This document shows, piece by piece, positions 54,984-64,000 of a DNA stretch of 64,000 nucleotides; the stretch's first letter is position 1; the number at the start of each line of letters is the position of its first letter. Where the stretch lies: NCBI GenBank assembly GCA_964468645.1, contig CAYXUU010000003.1:101874-165873 (forward strand), given 5' to 3'. The position numbers were made by a program, and so were the translations under genes. The notes beneath the pieces are model-generated. The model was not told the DNA's origin. It saw only the letters and a list, made by a program, of their open reading frames with translations, and did no database searches. This DNA is from an uncultured Bacteroidales bacterium. GTDB taxonomy: Bacteria > Bacteroidota > Bacteroidia > Bacteroidales > JAIOZK01.

Positions 54984-57900
54984 ATGAAAAAACAAATTCA
55001 TGTCTGTTTAAGTTTATCTGTATTTGTAATTTACACTGCTTTCACATCCCATGCACAGATAACTTCCTATCCTGAAGGCGGAAGATGGGATAGCAACACC
55101 ACCTGGATCGGAGGCATTGTCCCTGGTGCTTCAGACAATGTTGTGATCGATGGCAATGTTACACTCTGGAATAATGAAGAGTGCCTTGATATCACCATTA
55201 ATTCCGGTGATACACTGGATAATTACGGTTCAGGTGATGCATTCTGGATTCATGGTAATATAGTTAACAACGGGGCTATTTTGTATGGCCAGAGTTTATA
55301 TTCAAAAGGGGATATCACCAATAATGGGGTCTGGGATGTTTATTTTACCAAGCTTGACGGCGACGGGCCCCAAGAAATATCCCTGCAGTCAGGTAAGGTT
55401 TTCGAAAGCTGGTTCATTAACTATAATAATACAGATACTATAATTGCCATGAGCGACCTGCATTTTAATGGTTATTTTGATGTTCATAACCATGTGCTGG
55501 TTCTTAATAACTATGACATTGAGTTTTCCGGATCGGATGCATGGTTTGGCTACGGGACAGTTCTTTCACCTGGTCAGATATTGGGAACAGTTAGTTTTTA
55601 CTTATCTACAACATTTGAAGGGAACCTTACCGTTACGGATACCATGCAAGGAAGGTATGGCAGTAATAACACTGTTGTCGTTAATGGAAGCCTTATCAAC
55701 AATGGTGTGATCCGGGACTATGGTAAATTATATGTCCGTGTTACCGGTGATATCACCAATAACGGGATATGGAATAATTACCAGACCACATTTGATGGTA
55801 CAGGGCCCCAACAGATTACCCTGCAGGCAGGTAAACAATTTGAAAGTGATTTTTATAACTCAAACAATGACGATACGGTAACAGCCAGTTCTAACCTTCA
55901 TTTTACCGGATTTTTCGATCTTGTGAATAACACTTTTGATCTGAATGGTTATAACATCCGGTTTACAGGATCAGATACTTATTTTGGCAAAGGTACGATT
56001 ATTTCTCCCGGGGAATTCCTTGGCACTGTGAATATAAACCTTGAAACACATATCGAAGGCAACCTGGTTGTGACCGATACCATGCAAAACAGGAATTACA
56101 GCGCATCTCACAGATTATATGTGAATGGTAATCTTACCAATAACGGAGTCATTCAGGAAAATCCGACAGGTTCTTTATTTGTGTACATTACAGGAGATCT
56201 TGACAATCATGGGTCTTGGGACATTCAACGGACTGAAATGAACGGAACCAACCCGCAAATAATCTCCCAGGATGCAGGGAAATCATTTGACGGATTTTTT
56301 AAATTGGACAACGGTACAGATACGGTTAAAGCTACGAGTGATCTGTGTTTTTCAGAAGAATTAAGATTGAATTCTGTCCTGAATATGAATCATTATAATA
56401 TAACATTTTCCGGTACGGATTGTGTATTTAGTGGTGGTAATGCATTGCTTAATCCGAATGAAATTCATGGTGCATTTAATATTTATGGGACTACCTATAT
56501 TGTGGGTAACCCTGTAGTTATGGATACTTTGCGTAATGATAACTGGCCTGCATATTTGTATATAGATGGTGATATAACAAACAATGGCATTATTCAAAAT
56601 GGTGACTCTTACAATTTGATCCTCTATATTGAAGGGGATGTCACTAATAACGGGAAATGGGAAAACTACCAGACATACCTGGATGGCACCGGGCCGCAAA
56701 ATATCAGCCTGCAGGCAGGAAAATCCTTCGATTCATATTTTCATATCCAGAATACAACCGATACGGTCAAAGCCCTCACCAACCTGGTTTTTACCGATAT
56801 CTTTAACCTTAACAATAACATCCTGAACCTAAACCATCACAATATCAGATTTACAGACCCCGATACCTGGTTAGGCCGGGGAACGGTCATATCTCCGGAT
56901 GAGTTCCAGGGAACGGTGAATTTATCCGGTGGTGACTTCTATATTATAGGAAACTTAACGATTACAGATACATTGCAAAAATCTTCCGCTATTGCCTCGG
57001 ATGCCGACGTTCATCTGAGCGGAAGTTTGGTAAACAATGGTATTATCCGGGACGGCACAACATACGATGTAATCCTTTATATAGAAGGAGATATGGCCAA
57101 CAACGGAAGCTGGAATAATGAATTAACCTGGTTTAATGGAGCAGAAGACCAGCATATTGCGCTTACCAGCGGGAAGCTAAATACGGGGGAAGTAAGGTTT
57201 GAGGCCAACAATGGCAGCTCACCCTATCAATGGTATTACAACAGTGCAATACTCGATTCCCCTTATTTTTCAGGAGAGAATTCCGATGAACTGAGCTGGG
57301 AAGGGCCCCTTACAGACAACTGGTATGGAACCTATTATTGTCAGACCACCGCCAGGGATTCCAGGAACATCATGGTCAGTGGCGGTGCGTTTTCCTTTTA
57401 TTTCAATGGCACGGATGCCTACGTGGATTGTGGCCATGATGCCAGTTTGTATTTAACGACAAACATATCGCTTGAAGCATGGATCAATCCGACCGGCTGG
57501 GGTGAAGTTGCAGATATAGGATATGGCAGGATCCTTGACAAACAGCGGTTTAAGCTTTTTCTGAATGATGATGCGGGAACATACAACAGCCAGAGCCTGG
57601 TGATTAGCATCCATAGCGGGGGAAGTTCGTATCAATTGAATACTCCTGCAAGTTCAATCAGTCTGGATTACTGGCAACATGTTGCCGCTACTTACAACGG
57701 CAGTGGTGATGTTAAGGTGTATATCAATGGAATTGAACAGGTGCTGACAGGCACCCCGCCTCCGGGTAACATCGATGATCACAGTCTGAATGACCTGTTG
57801 ATCGGTGAAAACGCCTCCCAGACGAGGGCTTTTGATGGGGATATTGATGAAGTACGTTACTGGAGCATTGTGCTTGACAGCACATCGATCAGGGAAAATA

Positions 57901-60086
57901 TGTACAGGGAACTATCGGGAAGTGACAGTGGGCTGGTCAGTTACTGGAAATTCAATGAAGATACAGGCAACATCGCCTACGACTTTGTTGGAAACAACGA
58001 TGGTACACTTTACAATATTTCCGGTGATGACAGAATCATATCTACAACCCCTGTTCCTTATTATACCGTTGGTAACGGTAACTGGGAGGGCGACAGTGTC
58101 TGGGCCACAGGCCAGAATGCACCTGAACATGCATGGACCCGTGTTAACATCAGCGATTCGGTTGAAATCAATTCAAACTTTGAATTAATTGAATTAACAT
58201 TGGATCAACTTTCCCGTTTAGTAATTAATTCAGGATACCAGTTAACCGTAACCGGTGGCGGAAACGGAAATGGAAACGATACAACAAATCCCAACAATCC
58301 TCCCAATCCACCGGGTTCTCCTGTCCCGGCTGATCATGCAACAAAACAGTCAACACAGCTTGGACTGAAATGGTCATGCTCCGACCCCGATGGGGATCCC
58401 CTTACTTATGATGTATATCTGGATACGGGCAATCCTCCAACCAGTCTGGTTTCCGATGACCAGGCCGATACATCCTATGCAGCCTCATTGGCAAATGGCA
58501 CAACATATTACTGGAAGATTGTGGCATTTGATGACCAGGATAGCAGCACCGCAGGGCCTGTCTGGGATTTCACAACCAACCAGTTGCCGGATGCACCAAA
58601 CTCACCGGTACCGGGAGATGGTGAAACAGGGCAATCTGCTTCACTAAGCTTACAATGGGCCTGTTCCGATCCTGAGGGTGATAATCTAACATACGATGTA
58701 TATCTTGACACCAATGACCCCCCGGTATCTCTTGTATCCAATAACCAGGCAGACACCTTTTATATCGCATCCTTATCAAACGGCACAACTTATTACTGGA
58801 AGATTATTGCATTTGACACCCATGGAGACAGCACAGTTGGGCCGGGATGGGATTTTGAAACCAACCTGGCGCCTGCTGCTCCAAATTCACCGGTGCCGGG
58901 AGATGATGCAACCGGGCAATCCACTTCGTTGATTTTACAATGGGCATGCTCCGATCCTGAGGGGGATCCATTAACCTATGATGTTTACCTTGACAACAGC
59001 AATCCTCCCACGACCCTGGTTGCTGATGACCAGGCCGACACATCTTATGCCGCATCCTGTTCATCCGGTTTAACATACTACTGGAAAGTTGTAGCCTCTG
59101 ATGACCAGGGTAACAGTACGCCTGGTCCTGTATGGGATTTTACAACCAATGATGTACCAGATGCCCCGAACACACCTGATCCTGCCAATGGAGCTACAGG
59201 CCAGTCAATATCAACAACTTTACACTGGGCCTGTTCCGATCCGGATGGAGATGCCCTGACCTATACGGTTTATTTCGGAATGAGCAGTCCTCCGCCACTG
59301 GTTGCATCGGGTGTATCCGATACATTGTATGATCCGGGGACACTGGAATATGATACCACCTGTTACTGGAGAATTGTAGCCATTGATATCCACAGCGACA
59401 GTACAACAGGTCCTATATGGTCGTTTGAAACTGCAGAGGATACTTCCATTTCATGCCCAGACAGTATCTGGCATCAAACGCAATATTACGAACTGGTATT
59501 GATAGGCAACCAGTGCTGGTTCGCTGAAAACGTAAGCTACGGGAAACTGATCAACCAGAATACCGATCAAACTGATAATGGTAAAGTAGAAATGTACTGC
59601 TATAGCAATGATACAGCTTACTGTCTGATCTATGGCGGATTGTACAGGTGGGGTGAAATGATGCAGTATTCAACCGACACAACCTCCAATGGGATTTGCC
59701 CATCAGGATGGCATATTCCAACAGATTATGAATGGAAGATCCTGGAAGGAACGGTTGACAGTCTGTATGATACAGGAGCTGATTCGATTTGGAACGCAAC
59801 TGGCTGGAGAGGATATAATGTTGGTTACAACCTGAAATCACAGAGTGGCTGGAAGGATAATGGCAATGGCTCAGATGCTTTTGGATTTACCGCACTGCCG
59901 GGCGGTTATCAATCTGGTTGCTGTTTTTTCTATCTTACAGCGGTAGGTCATTTCTGGTCATCAACCGAATATGATATTGATGCAGCCTGGTTCCGGAAGT
60001 TTAATCATGGCATAATGAATGACTTCCGCAATCCGAATCCAAAGGGTAAGGGTTATTCAGTTCGATGCATCAAGGATCAGGAGTAG
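54984..60086 (+). CDS. giant secreted protein: ~148-aa repeats x4.5, LamG-like domain, FN3-like repeats x4, C-terminal FISUMP domain
   Basis: 1700-aa ORF with a signal peptide (TSHAQ). The repeat unit is ITNNG(I/V)W..Y.T.(L/F)DG(T/D)GPQ.I(S/T)LQ(A/S)GK.FES. The LamG motif is FDGDIDEVRYWS. Four ~95-aa repeats read W(S/A)CSDP(D/E)GD.LTYDVYLD...TYYWK(I/V)(I/V)A.D. The FISUMP motifs are GNQCWFAENV, YCYSND, YGGLYRW, CPSGWHIPT, GFTALPGGY and SVRCIKDQ. Confidence 0.85.
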   Translation: MKKQIHVCLSLSVFVIYTAFTSHAQITSYPEGGRWDSNTTWIGGIVPGASDNVVIDGNVTLWNNEECLDITINSGDTLDNYGSGDAFWIHGNIVNNGAILYGQSLYSKGDITNNGVWDVYFTKLDGDGPQEISLQSGKVFESWFINYNNTDTIIAMSDLHFNGYFDVHNHVLVLNNYDIEFSGSDAWFGYGTVLSPGQILGTVSFYLSTTFEGNLTVTDTMQGRYGSNNTVVVNGSLINNGVIRDYGKLYVRVTGDITNNGIWNNYQTTFDGTGPQQITLQAGKQFESDFYNSNNDDTVTASSNLHFTGFFDLVNNTFDLNGYNIRFTGSDTYFGKGTIISPGEFLGTVNINLETHIEGNLVVTDTMQNRNYSASHRLYVNGNLTNNGVIQENPTGSLFVYITGDLDNHGSWDIQRTEMNGTNPQIISQDAGKSFDGFFKLDNGTDTVKATSDLCFSEELRLNSVLNMNHYNITFSGTDCVFSGGNALLNPNEIHGAFNIYGTTYIVGNPVVMDTLRNDNWPAYLYIDGDITNNGIIQNGDSYNLILYIEGDVTNNGKWENYQTYLDGTGPQNISLQAGKSFDSYFHIQNTTDTVKALTNLVFTDIFNLNNNILNLNHHNIRFTDPDTWLGRGTVISPDEFQGTVNLSGGDFYIIGNLTITDTLQKSSAIASDADVHLSGSLVNNGIIRDGTTYDVILYIEGDMANNGSWNNELTWFNGAEDQHIALTSGKLNTGEVRFEANNGSSPYQWYYNSAILDSPYFSGENSDELSWEGPLTDNWYGTYYCQTTARDSRNIMVSGGAFSFYFNGTDAYVDCGHDASLYLTTNISLEAWINPTGWGEVADIGYGRILDKQRFKLFLNDDAGTYNSQSLVISIHSGGSSYQLNTPASSISLDYWQHVAATYNGSGDVKVYINGIEQVLTGTPPPGNIDDHSLNDLLIGENASQTRAFDGDIDEVRYWSIVLDSTSIRENMYRELSGSDSGLVSYWKFNEDTGNIAYDFVGNNDGTLYNISGDDRIISTTPVPYYTVGNGNWEGDSVWATGQNAPEHAWTRVNISDSVEINSNFELIELTLDQLSRLVINSGYQLTVTGGGNGNGNDTTNPNNPPNPPGSPVPADHATKQSTQLGLKWSCSDPDGDPLTYDVYLDTGNPPTSLVSDDQADTSYAASLANGTTYYWKIVAFDDQDSSTAGPVWDFTTNQLPDAPNSPVPGDGETGQSASLSLQWACSDPEGDNLTYDVYLDTNDPPVSLVSNNQADTFYIASLSNGTTYYWKIIAFDTHGDSTVGPGWDFETNLAPAAPNSPVPGDDATGQSTSLILQWACSDPEGDPLTYDVYLDNSNPPTTLVADDQADTSYAASCSSGLTYYWKVVASDDQGNSTPGPVWDFTTNDVPDAPNTPDPANGATGQSISTTLHWACSDPDGDALTYTVYFGMSSPPPLVASGVSDTLYDPGTLEYDTTCYWRIVAIDIHSDSTTGPIWSFETAEDTSISCPDSIWHQTQYYELVLIGNQCWFAENVSYGKLINQNTDQTDNGKVEMYCYSNDTAYCLIYGGLYRWGEMMQYSTDTTSNGICPSGWHIPTDYEWKILEGTVDSLYDTGADSIWNATGWRGYNVGYNLKSQSGWKDNGNGSDAFGFTALPGGYQSGCCFFYLTAVGHFWSSTEYDIDAAWFRKFNHGIMNDFRNPNPKGKGYSVRCIKDQE

Positions 60087-60115
60087 GCAAAACTGCGACG
60101 TTGTATTAAAAAATT

Positions 60116-60312
60116 GGAACGCAGATAACACGGATCTCCGCACGCGGATTGTCGCGGATGGTGATTAAAAATCATGTAATGTTGAGCAAAGCCGAAGCAT
60201 CTTCATATTAACCATCAATCCAATCTGAAATTAGCATTCGTTATCCGATATTCGATATTTAAAATAAATTCGTGGAAATCCGCGTTGCTTGCATCCGCGT
60301 TATCCGTGTTCC
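60116..60312. repeat. ACGCGGAT-word inverted-repeat element (copy 4, 197 bp, degenerate)
   Basis: Left arm GGAACGCAGATAACACGGATCTCCGCACGCGGATTGTCGCGGAT, right arm ATCCGCGTTGCTTGCATCCGCGTTATCCGTGTTCC. Confidence 0.75.
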
Positions 60313-60375
60313 ATAAAACCAGGTCCTCATTCATTGTAACCATATTTTTACTATATTAGCACAAATCCTATTTTG

Positions 60376-61413
60376 ATGAGATCAATCGTATTTTTTATAT
60401 GTTCTCTATATAGTCTCCTCTCATTCAGCCAGGTAGATCCCCTTATCAACAACGACTGGCAGAACTATCAATGGCCCTACAATGCTTACTTCCCCCTTAA
60501 TGAGCATGGAATCAACGGCCATGTCGGCAATGCTTGTGGCCCAACTGCCATGGCCCGGGTTATTCAGTATCACCAATTTCCGTTAAACGGAACAGGCACC
60601 ATCGATTATGTTGATGACAGCAGCATACGCTGGATGTGCACCTTCGACACTCTGAACCTGATTTATGAAGACATGCCCTATGAGCTCGGCGAAGATGATC
60701 CCCAGGCAGTCTATCATGAAACTGCAAAACTGATGTTTGGATGTGGAGTGCTTGGTACTAAGTTCAGGGTCGGTAATTTTGAAGGAATTTACAGAATGAA
60801 AAATGCCCTGGTAGATCATATGCATTATGACACCACTGCCCGTATCATCAATCGCTGGGAAAACACAAGGGAAGAATGGATCGATTTTTTCAAAACCGAG
60901 CTGGATAACGGAAGGCCTGTTATCATAGCAGGCCGCTCCCCCAACAGCCCGCCACCCTGGGAGCCCGGTGGCTGGGATGGACACTATTTTGTTTGTGATG
61001 GCTATAATGCTAAAGGTGAATTCTATATGAATTATTCCAGTTCAGGTATAATGGGATATTTTGATATTGATTACATGCACTACTACCAGTCGTACCACAG
61101 GGCATTGATTGGCCTGAAGCCAGCCAAACTTGGAATTGATGATCTTTCAGATAGTGACAATTTTGTTGTAAAGCTGATCCAATATCCTGGTATATGTGGA
61201 TGTAAGATACTGGTTAATGCACCTGAAAATTCAAACTGTACTATACAGCTCCTTGACATCAATGGAAGATACCTGGAAAACTTGTTAAGCAGCAAACTTC
61301 AACCAGGACGTAATGAAATACCTGTTGCCAATAAGTCACTAAGTAAAGGCGTTTATTTGCTTCATGTTTTGATCGGTTCACAAAACTATTTCAGAAAACT
61401 CATTGTTTCGTAA
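60376..61413 (+). CDS. C10 family (streptopain-like) cysteine peptidase with T9SS C-terminal domain
   Basis: It has a signal peptide. W.NYQWPYNAYFP and GNACGPTAMARVIQYHQFP provide the catalytic Cys context, and GHYFVCDGYNAKGEFYMNY the catalytic His context. The C-terminal Por-type tail is LIQYPG...VYLLHVLIG...KLIVS. The start was set to ATG 60376; the ORF track used TTG at 60373. Confidence 0.8.
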   Translation: MRSIVFFICSLYSLLSFSQVDPLINNDWQNYQWPYNAYFPLNEHGINGHVGNACGPTAMARVIQYHQFPLNGTGTIDYVDDSSIRWMCTFDTLNLIYEDMPYELGEDDPQAVYHETAKLMFGCGVLGTKFRVGNFEGIYRMKNALVDHMHYDTTARIINRWENTREEWIDFFKTELDNGRPVIIAGRSPNSPPPWEPGGWDGHYFVCDGYNAKGEFYMNYSSSGIMGYFDIDYMHYYQSYHRALIGLKPAKLGIDDLSDSDNFVVKLIQYPGICGCKILVNAPENSNCTIQLLDINGRYLENLLSSKLQPGRNEIPVANKSLSKGVYLLHVLIGSQNYFRKLIVS

Positions 61414-61437
61414 AATGCCTTTTCAGGAGATTGTTCC

Positions 61438-62730
61438 ATGGAAATACAAAGCAGGATAAGAATTTTTATTTCACTTTGTTTGTTTGTAGTTATTTCATTG
61501 TTCCCTAACCGGGATACTTACTGCCAGGAATAGTTTAATTACAATGAGTTTCTTGAATCTATCATTGAAATACCCAACGATTCCCTGGGATCTTTCCTTT
61601 ATCATACAAGTATGAGGATGGCATCATCCGATTCCCTGAATGCCCCAGGTGAGCTGCTGAAACATTGCAGACAGATTGTTGAGGAACTGCGGGATAGTTT
61701 ATTGCTTGCGAAATGCCTTATTTTAACCGGTGAAGTATCAAATGATCTCTTTGAATATCGCAATTCTTTTGAAGCTTATACTCAGGTCCTCAATACATCC
61801 CTGGCTTTAAAAGATACCACCCTCTTGCTTGATGCCCTCGATGGGTTGATTGATTCATCATTAAGTGCAGCCAAAAAATCGGAATACCCGGAAGTATACT
61901 GCCATGCCCTTACTAACTTCGCAATAACCTTGTTTGGAAAGGATAAGGAGCGTGCATTCCAATATATCAGAATAGCAATAGAATCAGCACGGAAACTGAC
62001 ATCCCCATCCAGGGCGCTGGTTTACGCACTCACAAAAGGAAGCATCATTTATATACAGGATGATAGAGGGGATTCTGCAATATTGAATTTATACAAGACC
62101 ACTGATGAGGTTGACAGTATATACAAGTATCAACAGAAATATATGGGGATTTTCAGATAAAAGCATGACAGGGATATGAACCTTCAAATTGCCCGTCTTT
62201 CTGCTTAATACCAGATAGAACAAAAAACAGAGGCCATCGATAACCTGACCATCATCAATAATCAACGGAAAGTCATAATCAGAAATCAACGCAGATTTAT
62301 CATTGTACTGGTTGTCGCCATTCTTATTACAGCTTTTCTTTTCACATTGCTTTATTATCAATTCAGAAAGGTAAAACGTGCCCACAATAAATTATCCCTT
62401 AATGCACTTGAAATAAACAGGGAAATCAATGAATTAAAAAAGAAAAGAAATCAACAACTGCAAGTTGTTCATGATGAATTAAAAAACAATACTTCCTATA
62501 TCTCTGCATTGATTAACCAGGATTACCAGTGCAAATTTAACCAGTTCGTCAATAAATACAGAATTCAAAAAGCATGTGAATTGTTAAGCAGCTGGGAGAT
62601 GGATAAGTACTCCATTGAAGGTATTGCAGAGCTTTCAGATTTTAAATCCAAGTCGGTATTCAACCAGACGTTTAAAGAGGCTACGGGAGTTAATCCATCC
62701 ACCTTCCGGAAAGCCACTGTTACTCAATAA
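61438..62730 (+). pseudogene. decayed paralog of the TPR-TM-AraC regulator 49056..50822
   Basis: It is collinear with the intact copy but carries nonsense codons at 61531 (CAG GAA TAG versus CAG GAA CAT), at 62158 and near 62206. It also has two large deletions in the TPR region and one that removes the first part of the HTH. Confidence 0.85.
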
Positions 62731-62735
62731 TATTA

Positions 62736-62890
62736 GAACGCGGATGACGCGGATCAATAAAATTTCCCTGATGACCGGGATTTCATTAATACGCTATCAT
62801 TTAGATGCATCATGTTGTTTTACAAACAAAACAATCGATGAATAACATCTATTTTTATCCGCGCTCGAAGATCCGCGTCATCCGCGTTCC
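62736..62890. repeat. ACGCGGAT-word inverted-repeat element (copy 5, 155 bp)
   Basis: Left arm GAACGCGGATGACGCGGATC, right arm ATCCGCGCTCGAAGATCCGCGTCATCCGCGTTCC. The outer 20 bp are perfectly complementary. Confidence 0.8.
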
Positions 62891-62901
62891 AATTTAAAAT
62901 G

Positions 62902-63297
62902 CTAATATTTAAAGTGTTTCTTCCGATTGTTCTCGAATACCTTTCTCTTGAACTCAGGTTTCTTTCCAAAATTCAGCAACAAACCAACTTCAATATTTGT
63001 TGCCTTTAAATAATTTACAAGTTGCCATTCATGTGCAATACCCAGGAATTCTGTCGCTTTCAATTCCAGGATAACACAATCATTTATAATCAGATCAGCA
63101 TAATATTCCCCTACAATATCACCCATATAAAATACATTGATCTTTTTGTTAGAGAAAACATTTAGTCCAATAAACTGAAGTTCTTTATGCATCGAATTAT
63201 GATATACCTTTTCAAGAAAACCATAACCCAATTCATTGTAAACTTTATAGAAACAAGATATTATTTCTTCTGTTAAATGATAATGTTTTAGCTTCAT
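62902..63297 (-). CDS. GxxExxY family protein
   Basis: 131-aa ORF whose GYGFLEKVYHNSMHKEL contains the G-x-x-E-x-x-Y signature. Its size and the C-terminal LLLNFGKKPEFKRKV fit the family. Confidence 0.85.
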   Translation of the reverse strand: MKLKHYHLTEEIISCFYKVYNELGYGFLEKVYHNSMHKELQFIGLNVFSNKKINVFYMGDIVGEYYADLIINDCVILELKATEFLGIAHEWQLVNYLKATNIEVGLLLNFGKKPEFKRKVFENNRKKHFKY

Positions 63298-63349
63298 ACC
63301 ATTAATACTTTTTAATATGAATTTGTTCCCCTATTTTTGAAATATATTT

Positions 63350-63438
63350 GAACACGGATGACACTGATCTACGAGCGCGGATTATTACGGATTAATTAAA
63401 AAAATCCGCGATGCTTGCATCCGCGTCATCCGCGTTCC
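63350..63438. repeat. ACGCGGAT-word inverted-repeat element (copy 6, 89 bp)
   Basis: Left arm GAACACGGATGACACTGATCTACGAGCGCGGAT, right arm ATCCGCGATGCTTGCATCCGCGTCATCCGCGTTCC. Confidence 0.8.
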
Positions 63439-63454
63439 TTAAAAAATGTTAACT

Positions 63455-64000
63455 ATGGAAACCTATCGATGTGAATGGGCCGGCAACGATCCCCTCTACA
63501 ATGAATACCATGACAAGGAATGGGGAGTACCGGTATATGATGATGAAAAATTATTTGAATTCCTTATCCTTGAAACCTTCCAGGCAGGATTAAGCTGGAT
63601 AACCATCTTAAGGAAACGGGAAAACTTCAGGAAAGCATTTGATAATTTCGACTACCGGAAAATCGCAAAATACGATCAGCAAAAGATAGATGAACTATTG
63701 CAAGATGCTGGCATCATCCGAAACAAGCTGAAGATCAATGCCACCATTTCCAATGCCATCGCTTTCATGAAAGTACAGGAAGAGTTCGGCAACTTCAGCA
63801 AATACATCTGGGATTTTGTTAATGGCAAACCAATTCAAAACAAGTTTGAAAAAATGCATGATATTCCTGCAAAAACGGAACTATCAGATACCATAAGCAA
63901 AGACCTGAAAAAACGAGGGTTCAAATTTGTCGGCTCTACCGTTGTTTATGCTCATATGCAGGCAACAGGAATGGTAAATGATCATGTGGTGGGATGTTTT
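63455..64000 (+). CDS. tag: DNA-3-methyladenine glycosylase I (3-prime partial, runs off the window)
   Basis: An open frame runs from ATG 63455 to the window end (182 codons). It starts METYRCEWAGNDPLYNEYHDKEWGVP and contains FEFLILETFQAGLSW and GMVNDH. It is absent from the ORF track because no stop lies in the window. Confidence 0.9.
   Translation, partial: METYRCEWAGNDPLYNEYHDKEWGVPVYDDEKLFEFLILETFQAGLSWITILRKRENFRKAFDNFDYRKIAKYDQQKIDELLQDAGIIRNKLKINATISNAIAFMKVQEEFGNFSKYIWDFVNGKPIQNKFEKMHDIPAKTELSDTISKDLKKRGFKFVGSTVVYAHMQATGMVNDHVVGCF

Noticed and set aside
38849-63438. Possibility that the recurring ACGCGGAT-containing repeats are a CRISPR array.
   Set aside because: The copies are dispersed over 25 kb, occur as inverted pairs rather than regularly spaced direct repeats, have no uniform spacers, and no cas genes are present.
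1-64000. Search for tRNA, rRNA, tmRNA, RNase P, transposase, integrase, phage or conjugation genes.
   Set aside because: I saw no cloverleaf-type sequences (no GGTTCGAATCC-like T-arms in a suitable context), no rRNA-like conserved blocks, and no ORF with DDE, tyrosine/serine recombinase or phage structural motifs.

Overview
This 64-kb window looks like a Bacteroidota genome. It is AT-rich, has many T9SS-type C-terminal sorting domains and lipoprotein signal peptides, and shows TAnnTTTG -7 promoter boxes close to start codons. I recognised no rRNA, tRNA, CRISPR array, transposase, integrase or reverse transcriptase.

- **0-8 kb:** an exporter with two ABC ATPases and two ABC-2 permeases, two structured non-coding elements between convergent genes, an unknown lipoprotein, and an MltF-like lytic transglycosylase.
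- **8.3-28.3 kb (most striking block):** four tandem paralogous S8 subtilases of 1336-1410 aa. Each has an intact catalytic triad, a canonical duplicated Ca-binding dockerin segment and a T9SS CTD. They are followed directly by two T9SS-CTD proteins that together carry four cohesin-like modules (1+3). I read this as a cellulosome-style cohesin-dockerin assembly that would display proteases on the cell surface.
- **28.3-38.9 kb:** housekeeping genes (flavodoxin, outer-membrane barrel, epimerase, tyrS, mnmA, Fe-ADH, alpha/beta hydrolase), plus an EF-G paralog with degenerate G3/G4 motifs and a domain IV insertion.
- **39-62.7 kb:** two parallel, partly decayed cassettes built around FISUMP-domain proteins. 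Each has a FISUMP lipoprotein, a small lipoprotein, a membrane protein, a giant multidomain FISUMP protein, a C10 peptidase and a TPR-TM-AraC regulator. The decay is reciprocal: cassette A keeps the regulator and lost the peptidase, cassette B the reverse.
- **Right end:** a GxxExxY gene bracketed by repeat elements, and a partial tag gene.
- **Intergenic DNA:** rich in hairpin-forming inverted repeats built from short word arrays, especially ACGCGGAT. These often start at or on stop codons.
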